NCBI GenBank assembly: GCA_040954595.2 | Contig: CM082582.2 | Coordinates: 6,184,303 to 6,248,302, forward strand | DNA: 64,000 nt | Direction: 5' to 3' | Origin: Balanoglossus misakiensis | Taxonomy: Eukaryota; Animalia; Hemichordata | Shown here: positions 61,501 through 64,000 of the stretch, piece by piece | Numbering within the stretch: the stretch's first letter is position 1 | How the letters are laid out: each line of letters opens with the position of its first letter | Program-made: the position numbers and the translations under genes | The notes under the pieces: generated by a model | What the model was told of the DNA's origin: nothing | The model's input: the letters and a program-made list of their open reading frames with translations, nothing else | Database searches by the model: none

Positions 61501-64000
61501 TTTTCGACTTTTCGGAATATCAAAATTTCTTCATTTTTTGATAAAAATCATGGGTTATAGCCCATGAAAATCATCCAAATATAGCAATTTTTCGACTTTT
61601 CGGAATATCAAAATTTCTTCATTTTTTGATAAAAATCATGGGTTACAGCCCATGAAAATCATCCAAAAATGACAATTTTTCGACTTTGCGGAATATCAAA
61701 ATTTCTTCACTTTTTGATAAAAATCATGGGTTATAGCCCATGAAAATCATCCAAATATAGCAATTTTTCGACTTTGCGGAATATCAAAATTTCTTCACTT
61801 TTTGATAAAAATCATGGGTTATAGCCCATGAAAATCATCCAAAAATGACAATTTTTCGACTTTGCGGAATATCAAAATTTCTTCACTTTTTGATAAAAAT
61901 CATGGGTTATAGCTCATGAAAATCATCCAAAAATGACAGTTTTTCGACTTTGCGGAATATCAAAATTTCTTCATTTTTCGAGAAAAATCATGGGTTATAG
62001 CCCATGAAAATCATCCAAATATGACAATTTTTCGACTTTGCGGAATATCAAAATTTCTTCATTTTTTGATAAAAATCATGGGTTATAGCCCATGAAAATC
62101 ATCCAAATATGACAATTTTTCGACTTTTTGGAATATCAAAATTTCTTCATTTTTTGATAAAAATCATGGGTTATAGCCCATGAAAATCATCCAAATATGA
62201 CAATTTTTCGACTTTGCGGAATATCAAAATTTCTTCATTTTTTGATAAAAATCATGGGTTATAGCCCATGAAAATCATCCAAAATTGACAATTTTTCGAC
62301 TTTTCGGAATATCAAAATTTCTTCACTTTTTGATAAAAATCATGGGTTATAGCCCATGAAAATCATCCAAAAATGACAATTTTTCGACTTTGCGGAATAT
62401 CAAAATTTCTTCACTTTTTGATAAAAATCATGGGTTATAGCCCATGAAAATCATCCAAATATAGCAATTTTTCGACTTTTCGGAATATCAAAATTTCTTC
62501 ATTTTTTGATAAAAATCATGGGTTATAGCCCATGAAAATCATCCAAATATAGCAATTTTTCGACTTTTCGGAATATCAAAATTTCTTCATTTTTTGATAA
62601 AAATCATGTGTTATAGCCCATGAAAATCATCCAAATATGACAATTTTTCGACTTTGCGGAATATCAAAATTTCTTCACTTTTTGATAAAAATCATGGGTT
62701 ATAGCTCATGAAAATCATCCAAAAATGACAGTTTTTCGACTTTGCGGAATATCAAAATTTCTTCACTTTTTGATAAAAATCATGGGTTATAGCCCATGAA
62801 AATCATCCAAATTTGACAATTTTTCGACTTTGCGGAATATCAAAATTTCTTCATTTTTCGATAAAAATCATGGGTTATAGCCCATGAAAATCATCCAAAT
62901 ATGACAATTTTTCGACTTTGCGGAATATCAAAATTTCTTCATTTTTTGATAAAAATCATGGGTTATAGCCCATGAAAATCATCCAAATATGACAATTTTT
63001 CGACTTTGCGGAATATCAAAATTTCTTCACTTTTTGATAAAAATCATGGGTTATAGCCCATGAAAATCATCCAAAAATGACAATTTTTCGACTTTGCGGA
63101 ATATCAAAATTTCTTCACTTTTTGATAAAAATCATTGGTTATAGCTCATGAAAATCATCCAAAAATGACAGTTTTTCGACTTTGCGGAATATCAAAATTT
63201 CTTCATTTTTCGAGAAAAATCATGGGTTATAGCCCATGAAAATCATCCAAATATGACAATTTTTCGACTTTGCGGAATATCAAAATTTCTTCATTTTTTG
63301 ATAAAAATCATGGGTTATAGCCCATGAAAATCATCCAAATATGACAATTTTTCAACTTTTTGGAATATCAAAATTTCTTCATTTTTTGATAAAAATCATG
63401 GGTTATAGCCCATGAAAATCATCCAAATATGACAATTTTTCGACTTTGCGGAATATCAAAATTTCTTCATTTTTTGATAAAAATCATGGGTTATAGCCCA
63501 TGAAAATCATCCAAAATTGACAATTTTTCGACTTTTCGGAATATCAAAATTTCTTCACTTTTTGATAAAAATCATGGGTTATAGCCCATGAAAATCATCC
63601 AAAAATGACAATTTTTCGACTTTGCGGAATATCAAAATTTCTTCACTTTTTGATAAAAATCATGGGTTATAGCCCATGAAAAGAATCCAAATATAGCAAT
63701 TTTTCGACTTTTCGGAATATCAAAATTTCTTCATTTTTTGATAAAAATCATGGGTTATAGCCCATGAAAATCATCCAAATATAGCAATTTTTCGACTTTT
63801 CGGAATATCAAAATTTCTTCATTTTTTGATAAAAATCATGGGTTATAGCCCATGAAAATCATCCAAATATGACAATTTTTCGACTTTGCGGAATATCAAA
63901 ATTTCTTCATTTTTTGATAAAAATCATGGGTTATAGCCCATGAAAATCATCCAAAATTGACAATTTTTCGACTTTTCGGAATATCAAAATTTCTTCACTT
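52596..64000. repeat. Tandem satellite array, 88-bp monomer, ~130 copies, runs off the window end
   Basis: Monomer CGACTTTGCGGAATATCAAAATTTCTTCATTTTTTGATAAAAATCATGGGTTATAGC(T/C)CATGAAAATCATCCAAAAATGACAATTTTT, recurring at 52596, 52684, 52772 and so on. Copies differ by only a few substitutions. Confidence 0.97.
55958..57870 (-). repeat. Inverted block (~22 monomers) within the 88-bp satellite
   Basis: Monomers read as the reverse complement (GATATTCCGCAAAGTCG...) between the junction ATCAAAA|TTTTGAT (55951-55964) and the junction CATGAGCTATAACCCATG|AAAATCATCC (~57870). Confidence 0.93.

Noticed and set aside
52596-64000. CRISPR-like array
   Set aside because: Monomers are contiguous near-identical 88-mers with no unique spacers and no cas genes, in a eukaryotic context.

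Overview
AT-rich, intron-containing animal genomic DNA; the gene content and repeats suggest a marine invertebrate, possibly a deuterostome (inference only). I reconstructed three spliced genes by hand from GT-AG sites and reading-frame continuity. (1) A minus-strand ANL-family adenylating enzyme (4-coumarate-CoA ligase / firefly-luciferase-like acyl-CoA synthetase), ~4300-9765. (2) Head-to-head with it, a plus-strand secreted GH9 endoglucanase with an N-terminal CBM2-like domain, 10723-16752. (3) A plus-strand anion-selective Cys-loop receptor, glycine-receptor-alpha-like, 24380-47979. From 52596 to the window end is an 88-bp satellite array with higher-order structure and a ~1.9-kb internal inversion. 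The most notable details are a LINE insertion with a 14-bp TSD and twin-priming (5'-inversion) geometry, a Gly-to-Asp change in the A8 hinge of the ligase, a native Leu at the GlyR M2 19' position together with GABA-type binding-loop residues, and satellite inversion breakpoints at palindromes within the monomer. I found no prokaryotic-type system and no CRISPR array.
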